Source: Halarcobacter sp.
GTDB lineage: Bacteria; Campylobacterota; Campylobacteria; Campylobacterales; Arcobacteraceae
DNA: 64,000 nucleotides
Assembly: GCA_048571215.1 (NCBI GenBank)
Contig: CP182352.1
Span: 64,001-128,000 of the forward strand
Direction: 5' to 3'
Position numbers and translations under genes: made by a program
Notes under the pieces: generated by a model
What the model was told of the DNA's origin: nothing
Databases searched by the model: none
What the model saw: the letters and a program-made list of their open reading frames with translations, nothing else
Part shown: positions 29,467 through 39,844 of the stretch, in pieces
Position numbering within the stretch: the first letter of the stretch is position 1
Layout of the letters: the number at the start of each line of letters is the position of its first letter

Positions 29467-29904
29467 ATGATAAATGAGATAATAGAAAATGAAGAATATA
29501 AACAACTGGTTAGTAAGCAGGTAAAAGAGACTATAGAATATTTAATTAATAATGATCAAGAGTTTGCAGTTACTGCAAATATAGAAGCAATAAGTTTTAA
29601 TCCAGAGTTACCACAAAATACCCAAGAGCAGTTGTCTAAGTTTTCACTTTTTGTATTGTCAAACTATACGTATACTACTATAAAACTTGATGAAAATCAT
29701 ATCTTTTTTGAAGCAGGTTTTGGAAGTGAAAACTTTGGTTCAACAGTAAAAATCCCTTTTTATGCAATTTTTCAAATAGTTGTTCAAGAGTCTATACTTT
29801 TTGTAAATTCTGTAGCAACTGTAGATAAATTTAATAAAAATTTAAAAGATAAATCACTTAATATATTCAAAAATAATCCAAACAATAAAAATTTATTAAA
29901 ATAG
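29467..29904 (+). CDS. Hypothetical protein, possibly SspB-like fold
   Basis: 145-aa ORF with AGGA RBS; IFFEAGFG...VKIPFYAIFQI resembles SspB strands. Confidence 0.6.
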   Translation: MINEIIENEEYKQLVSKQVKETIEYLINNDQEFAVTANIEAISFNPELPQNTQEQLSKFSLFVLSNYTYTTIKLDENHIFFEAGFGSENFGSTVKIPFYAIFQIVVQESILFVNSVATVDKFNKNLKDKSLNIFKNNPNNKNLLK

Positions 29905-29911
29905 GTAGCCT

Positions 29912-30502
29912 ATGAGACTACTTGTTTTTGATAAAGATCATAACCAAATCGATGGAGATTCTATCTCTATTTTAAGTAAAAGTTTAAAAGATTATTCTAT
30001 AACTTTAACAACAGATATAGCTGATGCAAAAAAACTATATGAGAGTAATAAATTTGATATTTTAATTATCGACTTTACTACAGATAGTGGGAAAGAGTTC
30101 CTAGATTTTGTTATGGAAGTAAATAAACACCAAAGGGTTATTACAATAGGATATGAACTAACCCATAGTGAAAAACAAGGTTGTGAATATTGTGAAGAAA
30201 ACTATTTAAGAAAAAGGTTAGTAAAACCTATAAGTATTGTTAATTTGTATAAAACTATTATAAATTTTGACAATATTAGATGTGAATATAGGGATAAATT
30301 TAGTGACCCAGTAGTAATAGTAGAACAATTATTAAATAAATACAATTACTTTAAATTTGATGAATCAAAATCAATACTTTATACTTACGCTGATGGAACA
30401 AGAGTATTAAGACAATATCTAGATTTGATAAATGATTTACAAGCTTATGGTATAAAGTATAAAATAGTTGATGATAAAACCATTAAGGTTTTATCAAAGT
30501 AA
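29912..30502 (+). CDS. Atypical receiver-domain protein
   Basis: LLVFD, FDILIIDF, LVKP; internal CEYC. Confidence 0.65.
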   Translation: MRLLVFDKDHNQIDGDSISILSKSLKDYSITLTTDIADAKKLYESNKFDILIIDFTTDSGKEFLDFVMEVNKHQRVITIGYELTHSEKQGCEYCEENYLRKRLVKPISIVNLYKTIINFDNIRCEYRDKFSDPVVIVEQLLNKYNYFKFDESKSILYTYADGTRVLRQYLDLINDLQAYGIKYKIVDDKTIKVLSK

Positions 30503-31501
30503 TTATTTTAGAGGAGAAAATGGGAAAAGTGCACTACCCCAAGTAAGACCACCACCAAAAGCATCAAATAAAATAGTATCACCAGCTTTTATTTTACCTT
30601 GCTCATAAGCGTAGTTCATTGCCATAGGTATTGAAGCAGCAGAAGTATTTCCATACTTATCTACAGTTACAATTGTTTGTTCTTCACTTAAACCTAAAGC
30701 ATCACCAACAGCTTTTATAATTCTATAATTTGCTTGATGCGGTATAAAGTGAGTGATATCTTTATTTGAGATATTATGTTTTTCCATCATATCTTTTACA
30801 TCAGAGGTTAAAGTTCTAACTGCAAGTTTGAAAGTCTCATTCCCTTTCATTTTGATACAAGCCATTTTTTGGTCTAATACCTCTTGTGAACAAGGGTGTT
30901 TACTTCCTCCACCTGGAGTTTTAATAAGGTCATCATAGTTTCCATCACTTGAACAGTTAATATCAACTATCGCTTCCTCTTTTTTGTCAGTTGCAGAGAC
31001 AATAGCAGCACCTGCACCATCTCCAAAAATAAAACATGTACCTCTATCTGTATAATCTAAGATTGAAGAATAAGTTTCTGCACCTACTATAAGCACATTT
31101 TTTTTCATTCCTGATTCAATAAATGCTTTAGCAATAGATAAAGCATAAACAAAACCTGTACACGCTGCACTTACATCAAAAGCTTGTACAGGTGGTAAAT
31201 CAATTTTTGATGCTATTAAACAAGCAGTAGAGGGCATACATAAATAATCAGGTGTTACTGTAGCACAAATAACTAAATCTATATCCTCTTTTGCTAATCC
31301 AGATCTTTCAATCGCTTGTTGTGCAGCTCGCGCACCCAAATCTGATGAAGCTTCATTTTCTTCTGATAGTCTTCTTTCTTTGATACCAGTTCTTTTTGTA
31401 ATCCATTCATCAGTTGTGTCAATGATTTTCTCAAAATCTGAGTTAGTCATTATTCTAGGAGGAATGTATGCTCCTATTGATCTAAATGCCGCATATGCCA
31501 T
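30503..31501 (-). CDS. fabH: Beta-ketoacyl-ACP synthase III
   Basis: AACTGF, FGDGAGA, PHQAN, GNTSAASIP, FGGGLTWG. Confidence 0.97.
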   Translation of the reverse strand: MAYAAFRSIGAYIPPRIMTNSDFEKIIDTTDEWITKRTGIKERRLSEENEASSDLGARAAQQAIERSGLAKEDIDLVICATVTPDYLCMPSTACLIASKIDLPPVQAFDVSAACTGFVYALSIAKAFIESGMKKNVLIVGAETYSSILDYTDRGTCFIFGDGAGAAIVSATDKKEEAIVDINCSSDGNYDDLIKTPGGGSKHPCSQEVLDQKMACIKMKGNETFKLAVRTLTSDVKDMMEKHNISNKDITHFIPHQANYRIIKAVGDALGLSEEQTIVTVDKYGNTSAASIPMAMNYAYEQGKIKAGDTILFDAFGGGLTWGSALFPFSPLK

Positions 31502-31526
31502 TAAAATTCCTTAAATAAAAGAGATA

Positions 31527-32528
31527 CTATTGTATTTTGTTAGTATAACGTTTTAATTTTTCTTCAATATCAATATCTAAATTAGAACTTGCTGCTGTTA
31601 TTGCTTGTAAAATTGCATTTTGTATTGCTTTTGGGTTAGATTTACCATGTGCAATAATAACAGGTGCTTTTACACCAAGTAGTGGTGCTCCACCATACTC
31701 TGCATAGTCAACTCTAACTTTTAAGTTCTTAAATACTTTTCTCATTAAAACTGCACCTGCAATTGAAATAAGAGATCTTTTAAGATTTTTTTTGATGATT
31801 TTTCCAATTGTATCAGCAACACCTTCTGCTGTTTTTAGCAGAATATTTCCGATAAAACCATCACAAACTACAACATCTACAGTTCCCTTAAAGATATCAC
31901 TACCTTCAACGTTTCCAGCAAAGTTAGGAACTTTTGATATTAATTCAAAAGCTTCTTTTGTAACTTCGTTACCTTTACTTTCTTCTTCACCATTACTTAA
32001 TAAACCAATTAGTGGTTCATCTATTTTCAATACATCTTGAGCGTAAACTTGACCCATAACTGCAAATTCAAAAAGGTTTTTTGCATCGCAATCAACATTT
32101 GCACCAACATCTAATACCAAAGTATTTTGGTTTTCACTTGTTGGCATAAGTGTTGCAATAGCTGGTCTACTTACACCTTTGATTCTACCTATTCTTAGAG
32201 TTGCCAAAGACATAGAAGCACCAGAGTGTCCAGCTGATACAGCTGCATCTGCATGACCTTCTTTTACTAAGTCAATTGCTTTATATATAGTAGATTCTTT
32301 TCTTTTTAGTGCATCAGTAGCTGAATCAGTCATTTTAATAACATCATCTGTATGCAAAATCTCAATTCTATTTTTATATTGAGGAGGTATAAGTTTTTCT
32401 ATTTGAGTTTGATTTCCTACTGCAATTGCAGTAAATGTATTGTTGTTTCTAAGAGCAGATATAAGTCCACTCATAATAGGTTCGGGACCAAAGTCCCCAC
32501 CCATCGCGTCAATAGCTATTCTAAGCAT
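31527..32528 (-). CDS. plsX: Phosphate acyltransferase
   Basis: [38 protein letters not shown]. Confidence 0.97.
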   Translation of the reverse strand: MLRIAIDAMGGDFGPEPIMSGLISALRNNNTFTAIAVGNQTQIEKLIPPQYKNRIEILHTDDVIKMTDSATDALKRKESTIYKAIDLVKEGHADAAVSAGHSGASMSLATLRIGRIKGVSRPAIATLMPTSENQNTLVLDVGANVDCDAKNLFEFAVMGQVYAQDVLKIDEPLIGLLSNGEEESKGNEVTKEAFELISKVPNFAGNVEGSDIFKGTVDVVVCDGFIGNILLKTAEGVADTIGKIIKKNLKRSLISIAGAVLMRKVFKNLKVRVDYAEYGGAPLLGVKAPVIIAHGKSNPKAIQNAILQAITAASSNLDIDIEEKLKRYTNKIQ

Positions 32529-32680
32529 TAGCTTTTATATTCGCCAGTATTTGGATTTACCGTGTGAGGCATTTTCCAAGTACCATCAGTATCTTTAACT
32601 GGTTTCTTTAAAGTGATTTTGTAGTGTGTTCTTCTTTTTGCTGCTCTTGAATGAGACACTCTTCTTTTAGGTACTGCCAT
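32528..32680 (-). CDS. rpmF: 50S ribosomal protein L32 (50 aa, no Zn-ribbon cysteines)
   Basis: Translated by hand: [50 protein letters not shown]; lies between DUF177 and plsX. Confidence 0.97.
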   Translation of the reverse strand: MAVPKRRVSHSRAAKRRTHYKITLKKPVKDTDGTWKMPHTVNPNTGEYKS

Positions 32681-32693
32681 TTGTTTCTCCTTA

Positions 32694-33065
32694 TTAAAAT
32701 TCTTTTTCTATGAAATCTTTATCTGAACATTTTGAACAGATATGATAGTCACTATGTACAGATGATATTTCACTTTCGATAATTTCATCAAAGTTTATTA
32801 TACCATCAACAATCTCTATAACCAAATCTTCCGATTCAGCTTCATAAATACCATCACTTATCAAAAAGTCAAACTTTTCATCCAAAGTTTTAGTATCATC
32901 TTCGCCACATCTTGAACAAGTAATTGTTATATTTCCTGTAAGATTAGAGTCAATTTTGACTAAAGTTGGCGTAATTCTACAAAAAGTACCTTCAATTTTA
33001 ACTGAATTATATTCATTAACAAAGTTTTTTGGACTTTGAGGTACTTTTTTAAATTCTATTTTCAT
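32694..33065 (-). CDS. YceD/DUF177 family protein
   Basis: CSRC and C-terminal CSKC; directly upstream of rpmF. Confidence 0.85.
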   Translation of the reverse strand: MKIEFKKVPQSPKNFVNEYNSVKIEGTFCRITPTLVKIDSNLTGNITITCSRCGEDDTKTLDEKFDFLISDGIYEAESEDLVIEIVDGIINFDEIIESEISSVHSDYHICSKCSDKDFIEKEF

Positions 33066-33083
33066 TGCTATTTTTTAAATTTA

Positions 33084-33497
33084 TTAGCAAATTTCTCTAT
33101 CTGAAAAGAAGAATTTAATTTCGATTGCTGCATTTTCAACAGAATCTGAACCATGCACAGCATTTGCATCAATTGAGTCTGCAAAATCTGCTCTAATAGT
33201 TCCAGCTGCTGCTTCTTTTGGATTAGTTGCACCCATTAATTCTCTATTTTTAGCCATTGCATCTTCACCTTCTAAAACAGATACTACAACTGGTCCAGAG
33301 ATCATGAACTCTACTAACTCACCAAAAAATGGTCTTTCAGCGTGAACTGCATAAAAAGCTTCAGCGTCAGCTTTGCTTAATTGAACTTTTTTTGTTGCAG
33401 CAATTCTTAATCCTGCTGATTCAAATCTGTCTAAGATTTTTCCAACAACATTCTTAGCAACTGCATCAGGTTTGATAATTGATAACGTTTGTTCCAT
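33084..33497 (-). CDS. ndk: Nucleoside diphosphate kinase
   Basis: [22 protein letters not shown]. Confidence 0.98.
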   Translation of the reverse strand: MEQTLSIIKPDAVAKNVVGKILDRFESAGLRIAATKKVQLSKADAEAFYAVHAERPFFGELVEFMISGPVVVSVLEGEDAMAKNRELMGATNPKEAAAGTIRADFADSIDANAVHGSDSVENAAIEIKFFFSDREIC

Positions 33498-33550
33498 TTG
33501 ATATTTTCCTCATAAAATTTTTAAGTCGCGGATTATACCTAAAAAATAAA

Positions 33551-33584
33551 AAAAAGGCAAGTAGTCGAAACTACTTGCCTTTTT
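33551..33584. terminator. Intrinsic terminator after the ferredoxin gene
   Basis: AAAAAGGCAAGTAGT-CGAA-ACTACTTGCCTTTTT perfect stem. Confidence 0.85.
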
Positions 33585-33609
33585 AATGAATCTATATATT
33601 TGTTATAAA

Positions 33610-33879
33610 TTAGTCTTCAACACAAGGTGTGCTTTCAGTCTTACCTTCTCTAATATTTTCTCCATCTCTTGAATCCCATTGGATACAACCCTCAGTAGGG
33701 CATGCTTCAGCACATGCTGGCTCATCATGATCACCAATACATTCTGTACATGTTTCTGGGTTTACATAATAGATATCTTCACCTGTTGGATTCTCATCAT
33801 TATCAACAATAGATTCCGTAGGACACTCATCCAAACATGCATCACAATTAATACAAATATCAGTAATTTTTACTGCCAT
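33610..33879 (-). CDS. fdxA: 2x[4Fe-4S] ferredoxin
   Basis: CINCDACLDECP and CTEC...CAEACP; divergent from the peroxiredoxin gene. Confidence 0.9.
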   Translation of the reverse strand: MAVKITDICINCDACLDECPTESIVDNDENPTGEDIYYVNPETCTECIGDHDEPACAEACPTEGCIQWDSRDGENIREGKTESTPCVED

Positions 33880-34117
33880 CTTTTCTCCTTAGTTTATATT
33901 AGAAAAACTTTATCACACAAAAAATAAATTTATCTTTAAAATAATATATAAAAACAATATATTAATATAATATAGGTATAAAGAAGCAGTTTAAAAGAAA
34001 AAAATTATCCTAAAATAAATCTTATCTTAATTTTAAAATCTTATATTATGTTCTATATTTATTTTAAAATTATTGTATTATAATTACAGAACAAATTTAT
34101 TTAAAAAAGGAAATTAA

Positions 34118-34714
34118 ATGTTAGTTACAAAAAAAGCTCCAGATTTTACAGCTACAGCAGTGCTTGCTGATGGTCAAATTGTTGAAGATTTCAATTTATA
34201 TGAAAATATCGGTGAAAAAGGTGCGGTATTATTTTTCTACCCACTAGATTTTACTTTTGTTTGTCCATCAGAGATTATTGCATTCTCAAAAAGAATTGAC
34301 GAATTTACTTCAAGAGGAATCAATGTTATTGGTGTTTCAGTTGACTCACAATTTTCACACTTTGCATGGAGAGAAACTGATGTAAACAATGGTGGTATTG
34401 GTAGAATCAAATATCCTTTAGTTGCAGACTTAAGTAAACAAATTTCAAAAGATTATGATGTATTATTCGGTGAAGCTGTAGCATTAAGAGGTTCTTTTCT
34501 AATTGACGCTGATGGAACTGTTAGACACGCAGTAATCAATGACTTACCACTTGGAAGAAACATTGATGAGATGATTAGAATGGTTGATACTATGTTATTT
34601 ACAAACGAGCATGGTGAAGTTTGTCCTGCTGGTTGGTCAAAAGGTGATGAAGGTATGAAACCATCAACTGAAGGTGTTGCTGAATATTTAGGTAAACATG
34701 AGGGTGATTTATAA
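34118..34714 (+). CDS. ahpC: 2-Cys peroxiredoxin
   Basis: FYPLDFTFVCPSE and GEVCPAGW. Confidence 0.96.
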   Translation: MLVTKKAPDFTATAVLADGQIVEDFNLYENIGEKGAVLFFYPLDFTFVCPSEIIAFSKRIDEFTSRGINVIGVSVDSQFSHFAWRETDVNNGGIGRIKYPLVADLSKQISKDYDVLFGEAVALRGSFLIDADGTVRHAVINDLPLGRNIDEMIRMVDTMLFTNEHGEVCPAGWSKGDEGMKPSTEGVAEYLGKHEGDL

Positions 34715-34734
34715 TATTGATATTATAAATTATT

Positions 34735-34763
34735 AAAGTAGAGCTTAAAGCTCTACTTTTTTT
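34735..34763 (+). terminator. Intrinsic terminator after ahpC
   Basis: AAAGTAGAGCT-TAA-AGCTCTACTTT followed by T run. Confidence 0.8.
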
Positions 34764-34783
34764 ATACTCAAAACTTCCTTTTC

Positions 34784-34812
34784 TTGACAAAACTGAAAAT
34801 AAAGACTAAAAT
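34784..34812 (+). promoter_or_regulatory. Sigma70-type promoter of rho
   Basis: TTGACA (34784-34789), 17-nt spacer, TAAAAT (34807-34812). Confidence 0.75.
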
Positions 34813-34898
34813 ACACAATCTTAAATTCAAAAACTGAAATAAAACTACAAAAAAACTACATAACATGATATGTAAATCTATAAAGGCAAAATGTACTT

Positions 34899-36239
34899 AT
34901 GGAAGATTCTACAACTTCACAACCAAAAACAAGAAAAGCAGGTGGACATACTGCAAAAAAATCAAGAACTCACATCCCTGTCGAGGGGTATAAAATAGAG
35001 CAACTAAGGGAAAGACCCCTTGAAGAGCTTTTAAAAATAGCAAAAGAGTTAGGTGTTGAAAACCCACAAGAGTTAAAAAGACAAGATTTGATGTTCAATA
35101 TCTTAAAATCTCAAATTGACCAAGGTGGATTTATCCTATTTACTGGAATTTTAGAGATAAAAGATGGTGGATTTGGATTTTTAAGAGCTATTGATGGAAA
35201 CTTTTCAGATACTTCAAACGACTCATATGTATCAGCAACTCAAATTAGAAAATTTGCATTAAGAACTGGTGATATTGTAACTGGACAAGTTAGACCTCCA
35301 AACAAAGATAGCGAAAAATATAATGCACTTCTAAAAATAGAAGCTATCAATTACCTTCCAATAAACGAATCAAAAAATAGACCACTATTTGATAACTTAA
35401 CACCACTTTATTCAACTGAAAGATTTAAGTTTGAGTATGATCAAACAAGAATGACTGGTAGAATGTTGGATCTATTTGCACCTATGGGTAAAGGGCAAAG
35501 GGGACTTATCGTTGCACCTCCAAAAACTGGTAAAACTGAACTTCTAAAAGAGTTAGCACACGGTATTAAAAAGAATCATCCAGATACAAGCTTAATGGTT
35601 CTTTTGATTGATGAGAGACCAGAAGAGGTTACAGATATGCAAAGATCAGTAAAAGGGGAAGTTTACTCTTCAACTTTTGATTTACCTGCACACAATCATG
35701 TTAGAGTTGCAGAGATTGTAATCGAAAAAGCAAAAAGACTTGTAGAGATGAAAAAAGATGTGGTTATCTTATTAGATTCTATTACCAGACTTGCAAGAGC
35801 ATACAATACAGTAACACCAAGCTCAGGAAAAGTACTTTCAGGTGGGGTTGATGCAAATGCACTACACAAACCAAAAAGATTCTTTGGAGCTGCTAGAAAT
35901 ATAGAAGAGGGTGGAAGTTTAACCATCATCTCAACAGCACTTATTGAAACTGGTTCAAAAATGGATGAAGTTATTTTTGAAGAGTTTAAAGGAACAGGTA
36001 ACTCAGAAGTTGTATTAAGTAGAAATGCAGCAAACAGAAGAGTATACCCAGCCCTAGACATAATCAAATCTGGTACAAGAAAAGAGGAACTACTTCTAAC
36101 ACCAGAAATCCTACAAAAAACTTGGATACTAAGAAATGCAATAGGTTCTATGGATGAAGTGGAAGCCTTGAAATTCTTGTATTCTAAAATGCAAAAAACT
36201 AAAAATAATGAAGAGTTTTTTGCAGGTATGAACGAATAG
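34899..36239 (+). CDS. rho: Transcription termination factor Rho
   Basis: [45 protein letters not shown]. Confidence 0.98.
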   Translation: MEDSTTSQPKTRKAGGHTAKKSRTHIPVEGYKIEQLRERPLEELLKIAKELGVENPQELKRQDLMFNILKSQIDQGGFILFTGILEIKDGGFGFLRAIDGNFSDTSNDSYVSATQIRKFALRTGDIVTGQVRPPNKDSEKYNALLKIEAINYLPINESKNRPLFDNLTPLYSTERFKFEYDQTRMTGRMLDLFAPMGKGQRGLIVAPPKTGKTELLKELAHGIKKNHPDTSLMVLLIDERPEEVTDMQRSVKGEVYSSTFDLPAHNHVRVAEIVIEKAKRLVEMKKDVVILLDSITRLARAYNTVTPSSGKVLSGGVDANALHKPKRFFGAARNIEEGGSLTIISTALIETGSKMDEVIFEEFKGTGNSEVVLSRNAANRRVYPALDIIKSGTRKEELLLTPEILQKTWILRNAIGSMDEVEALKFLYSKMQKTKNNEEFFAGMNE

Positions 36240-36374
36240 CTTTATAAATTTGTCTCTTTTTCAAAATTTCTGCGTTAGCGCGGAAATTTTGTTTCTCACA
36301 TACTTTAGTATGCTCCTATACAAAATTACCCCACTGCCTTGAACTTTTAAAAAATAGCCAATTTTCTAAAGCTA
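36237..36374. repeat. ERIC-like miniature inverted-repeat element (about 138 bp)
   Basis: Long imperfect terminal inverted repeats (TAGCTTTATAAATTTG... / ...CAAATTTTCTAAAGCTA), TA at both ends, core GCGTT...CACATACTTTAGTATGCTCC...GCCTTG; overlaps the rho stop codon. Confidence 0.7.
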
Positions 36375-36397
36375 TTAGATAAAAATATTATTTAACC

Positions 36398-36703
36398 TCA
36401 AAACCCGTAAATCAAAAAATCAATTGAGTTTTTTATTTCCTCTTTTTGTTCTTTCAAACTAGTAATTTTAGTTTGTAATTCATTTAGATGCACTGTACCT
36501 ATTTGTGCGGTAATCATATAAAGAGTTATGTCGTTGATTATAAACTTTTTTGTTAAGCCTTGGATAGTTTTTTTATTTATGGCTAATGGGATTACAACTC
36601 TTGTGTTTAGTGAGTTTAGAATATCATTTTGTACATCTAATAAGTAAGGTACAATTTGATTGGTATTTGGGTTTTCATTTTTATATACATCAAACTGTGC
36701 CAT
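36398..36703 (-). CDS. ccdB: CcdB-family toxin
   Basis: MAQFDVYKN..PYLLDVQNDIL..LNTRVVIPL...IDFLIYGF; 101 aa. Confidence 0.88.
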   Translation of the reverse strand: MAQFDVYKNENPNTNQIVPYLLDVQNDILNSLNTRVVIPLAINKKTIQGLTKKFIINDITLYMITAQIGTVHLNELQTKITSLKEQKEEIKNSIDFLIYGF

Positions 36704-36945
36704 TAGAACATCCTACTATCTTGTAAAATCAATCCTTCATTCTCTACATCTTTGTTGTACTTTTCTATGGCTTTTTTATTTTCTTTTTCCCATAGAATTT
36801 TTTTGTCTTCTTTATCTAATAATCCAAGATAAACATGCAAGGCTTCTCTTATGATTTGAGTCTTTTTTTTCCCTGTTTTTTTTGAATTATGATTTAACTC
36901 TTCTATTAGAGTATCTTCTAAGGTTATAGTCATTTTTTTTGTCAT
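36703..36945 (-). CDS. ccdA: CcdA-like antitoxin with ribbon-helix-helix N-terminus
   Basis: KMTITLE..IIREAL; C-terminal WEKENKKAIEKYN...GL....RMF; 1-nt overlap with the toxin. Start set at the ATG after AAAGGA. Confidence 0.82.
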   Translation of the reverse strand: MTKKMTITLEDTLIEELNHNSKKTGKKKTQIIREALHVYLGLLDKEDKKILWEKENKKAIEKYNKDVENEGLILQDSRMF

Positions 36946-37032
36946 ATGAAATCCTTTACCATATTTTACCATACTTTATAAGGATATAGATTTATAATGA
37001 ATAAAATATTAAATAATTAAATTTTTTGTTAA

Positions 37033-38091
37033 CTAAAATTTTTTATTAATTGGTTTAGCTATAAAAAGATATTCAGATAATGCTTTATTTGAACGATTAA
37101 GTGCATAAGAGTGTTTTTTTATTAAATGTATTTTAATTGACATCTGATTTTGTATGAAGAGTTCTTTTAATTCATGAGGGGAAGGTATCCCCTTATTTCG
37201 ATATGAAAAAACAATAATTTTATTTTTATATTTTTTAATTATTTTCTCAATATCAGTATAAATTGTATTTTTTGATTCAAATTCTAAACTTTTCCCAATA
37301 TTTACTTCTTTATTTAGTTTATCGAAATTGATATGATTTTTAAAAGTATCATAGTTTACTAAAGCTTCTAAAAAATGATACCTTGAATGATAATCAACAT
37401 GGGAACCTTTTTCTGATACATAAGGAGGATCTATATATACTAAATCGACATTACTTTTACAAGCAAGTGCAGAATAGTTTACAGAGGTATTCTTTCTGTT
37501 ATTCGAGAAAATGTAGTTATTAACTTCACTACAAAATTTTTTAAATAATTCTACAATATTTTTTTCCCATGTTATTTTATTACCAAACTTTCTTTTTACA
37601 TCATTTGTTCTTAGATTTAGATTCTTTCTATGAAATGTATTAAATGGTCTTTTGATTAGACATGATTGAAATAAAGCATACCATGCGAGATATTTTGATT
37701 TATCATTTTTAAGTTGATTAATATTTTGAACAATGATATCAATTAGTCTATTTTCATCATCTAAATAGTAAATTCCTTGATAATTTTCAGTTATATAATA
37801 ATTATATTCAAAATTAGGCTGTTTAGTTATTATAAAATTAATTTCTTCATTTGTTATTTGATGAGAATTATTTTCTATTAATGCTTTTCCAATAAAAGAA
37901 TTAAATTTAAAAATATCATTATAAACTACTCTTTTTCCTTCAAGTTTAGCTTTGTATGCAAATGTTCCTGTACCACCAAATAAATCAAGCACAGAATCGA
38001 AATTTATGTTTTCATTTTCTATATATTTCCATATTATATTTATAATTTTTCTTTTTGAACCATAATATCTTGTTATAGGTAGTTTATTCAA
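37033..38091 (-). CDS. DNA N6-adenine methyltransferase (D12/Dam/FokI-like, alpha order)
   Basis: RYYGSKRK, motif I DLFGGTG, VYND, motif IV YIDPPY; TTG start. Confidence 0.9.
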   Translation of the reverse strand: MNKLPITRYYGSKRKIINIIWKYIENENINFDSVLDLFGGTGTFAYKAKLEGKRVVYNDIFKFNSFIGKALIENNSHQITNEEINFIITKQPNFEYNYYITENYQGIYYLDDENRLIDIIVQNINQLKNDKSKYLAWYALFQSCLIKRPFNTFHRKNLNLRTNDVKRKFGNKITWEKNIVELFKKFCSEVNNYIFSNNRKNTSVNYSALACKSNVDLVYIDPPYVSEKGSHVDYHSRYHFLEALVNYDTFKNHINFDKLNKEVNIGKSLEFESKNTIYTDIEKIIKKYKNKIIVFSYRNKGIPSPHELKELFIQNQMSIKIHLIKKHSYALNRSNKALSEYLFIAKPINKKF

Positions 38092-38122
38092 TACTTATCT
38101 CACTTTATTTGAAATATGGTGA

Positions 38123-39844
38123 TTAAGCACTTGTATCTAAACTTTTTTCAATTCTAGATCTTAAATTATCATAATATATGTCTGCTATACAGTAAAGTTC
38201 TTTTTTTATTTGACCAGAAATAGGAACTTTAAAACTATATGCTTTATCGTGTTCTGTTATATTATCAACTTTTATTGGATTCTCATCAATAAAAAAGTTA
38301 AATTTATCTTTACAAGTTTCATCACTATTAAAACCGGCAATTATATACTCATCAAGTAAAGTTTTAGTTGAATTAGATTCATATTTAGAAGAAATTTTAT
38401 GTAAATCATTAAATTTCTTAAGTTGTTTTTCTATATAAAATCCTGTTAATTTAGTTTTTGCTTCTACTGTAAAAATTTTATTATTATCTGTAAGTAATAT
38501 AAAATCATATTCTCTATCATTTAGTTTTACACTATAAATTAAATCTATAATTTTTGAAGAACCTTTCATTTCATTAAAGAGTTCTTCTAATAAATCTTCA
38601 AAGAAGTGTTGTTGATAATAAAAACTATATTTTGGATTTAAAGTCATAACTGCACAAATTTCATCTTTAATAGTATTATTACTACTATAATTACATGTTG
38701 CCCCATTTTTGTTGACCCAGCTTCTTAAGCCTCTTTGAGATTGATCATCATGATTTCTACTCCTATCATCATTATAAATTCCAAAAAAAGCTTCTTCTTC
38801 TTTTTTATCAAAGTATGGGACAACAAATTGAAAATGTTTTAAATTGTATAAGGAATAATCGCTTTTTTCTATTTTCTTTTTTATTAAATATGATTTTTCA
38901 AAAAACTCGTCATTACTCTCCAAATCTTTCATATAAAAATTATTCTCTAAACTAGCTAATGTTTCTGCAGTATTATTCCCCTCTTTTTTAAAGTATTTTA
39001 AAAAAGATTCTTTTATATGTTTTCTTTTTTGATAACTATTATATCTTTCATTGTTTGTTGTATGGTCAAGGTTTATTTTTATATATTGGAAATCATAAAA
39101 AGCTTGTTTTTCTTTTTTAATTAGAAATCTAAATTGTTCATATTTAAAAGGAAATATAAATTCTCCCAAAATTATACATTCTATATCGTCAGTGAAATAA
39201 TCTAATTTATATTTATTAATTGTTGGTAAATCTACATTACATTTTTTTAAATTCACATAAGTATCAAACTCATCTTTTATATAATAATTAAGATTATCAA
39301 AATTATATTTTTTATTAATATCATCAAGGTTAATACCAACAAAGTCAACATAAGTTATTTTTTTTAGTTTAATATCATCAATAATTTTCTGAGTATCTGC
39401 AAATTTTTGAATAATTGTTTCTAAATCTTTATTTTGTAAATCTAATTCTGTATATGCATTTACAAATAATTCGCTTAATATTTTATGGTTGATTTTTCTA
39501 ATGATATTTTTTTCTAAATCATTTTTCATATTACTCATAATAAATGTTTTTTCATTTGGGATAATTATTTCACACTTGTGCATAGTATGTAAAATACTTT
39601 GAATATTACTAAATAAGCTTTCTTTTATTTTAGTATTCATTTTAAAATCTAATTTTTCAATTAGTAACTCTTCCTTTGATATATTTAGAAAGCTTTTTAA
39701 TCTTTTTCGGATTTTTTCTTTACTTATACATGGCATTAAGTTTATGGCAGTCTCTAATAAAAGGTTAAATTCATGTATTTTTTCTTCTAAACTATCATTA
39801 ATTGTAATTTGATAATAAGCAAATTGTTCATTTGATTTAAACAC
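38123..39844 (-). CDS. Uncharacterised protein with a C-terminal PD-(D/E)XK nuclease-like domain
   Basis: FFEDLL...REYDFILL....IFTVEAKTK gives an E...D...EAK catalytic pattern; GTG start overlaps the upstream stop. Confidence 0.7.
   Translation of the reverse strand: MFKSNEQFAYYQITINDSLEEKIHEFNLLLETAINLMPCISKEKIRKRLKSFLNISKEELLIEKLDFKMNTKIKESLFSNIQSILHTMHKCEIIIPNEKTFIMSNMKNDLEKNIIRKINHKILSELFVNAYTELDLQNKDLETIIQKFADTQKIIDDIKLKKITYVDFVGINLDDINKKYNFDNLNYYIKDEFDTYVNLKKCNVDLPTINKYKLDYFTDDIECIILGEFIFPFKYEQFRFLIKKEKQAFYDFQYIKINLDHTTNNERYNSYQKRKHIKESFLKYFKKEGNNTAETLASLENNFYMKDLESNDEFFEKSYLIKKKIEKSDYSLYNLKHFQFVVPYFDKKEEEAFFGIYNDDRSRNHDDQSQRGLRSWVNKNGATCNYSSNNTIKDEICAVMTLNPKYSFYYQQHFFEDLLEELFNEMKGSSKIIDLIYSVKLNDREYDFILLTDNNKIFTVEAKTKLTGFYIEKQLKKFNDLHKISSKYESNSTKTLLDEYIIAGFNSDETCKDKFNFFIDENPIKVDNITEHDKAYSFKVPISGQIKKELYCIADIYYDNLRSRIEKSLDTSA

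Noticed and set aside
17691..36324. The 13-mer GCTCCTATACAAA occurs at 17691 and at 36312
   Set aside because: Similarity does not extend beyond it, and each copy is explained by its own context (kinase relic, ERIC-like core). Compatible with chance.
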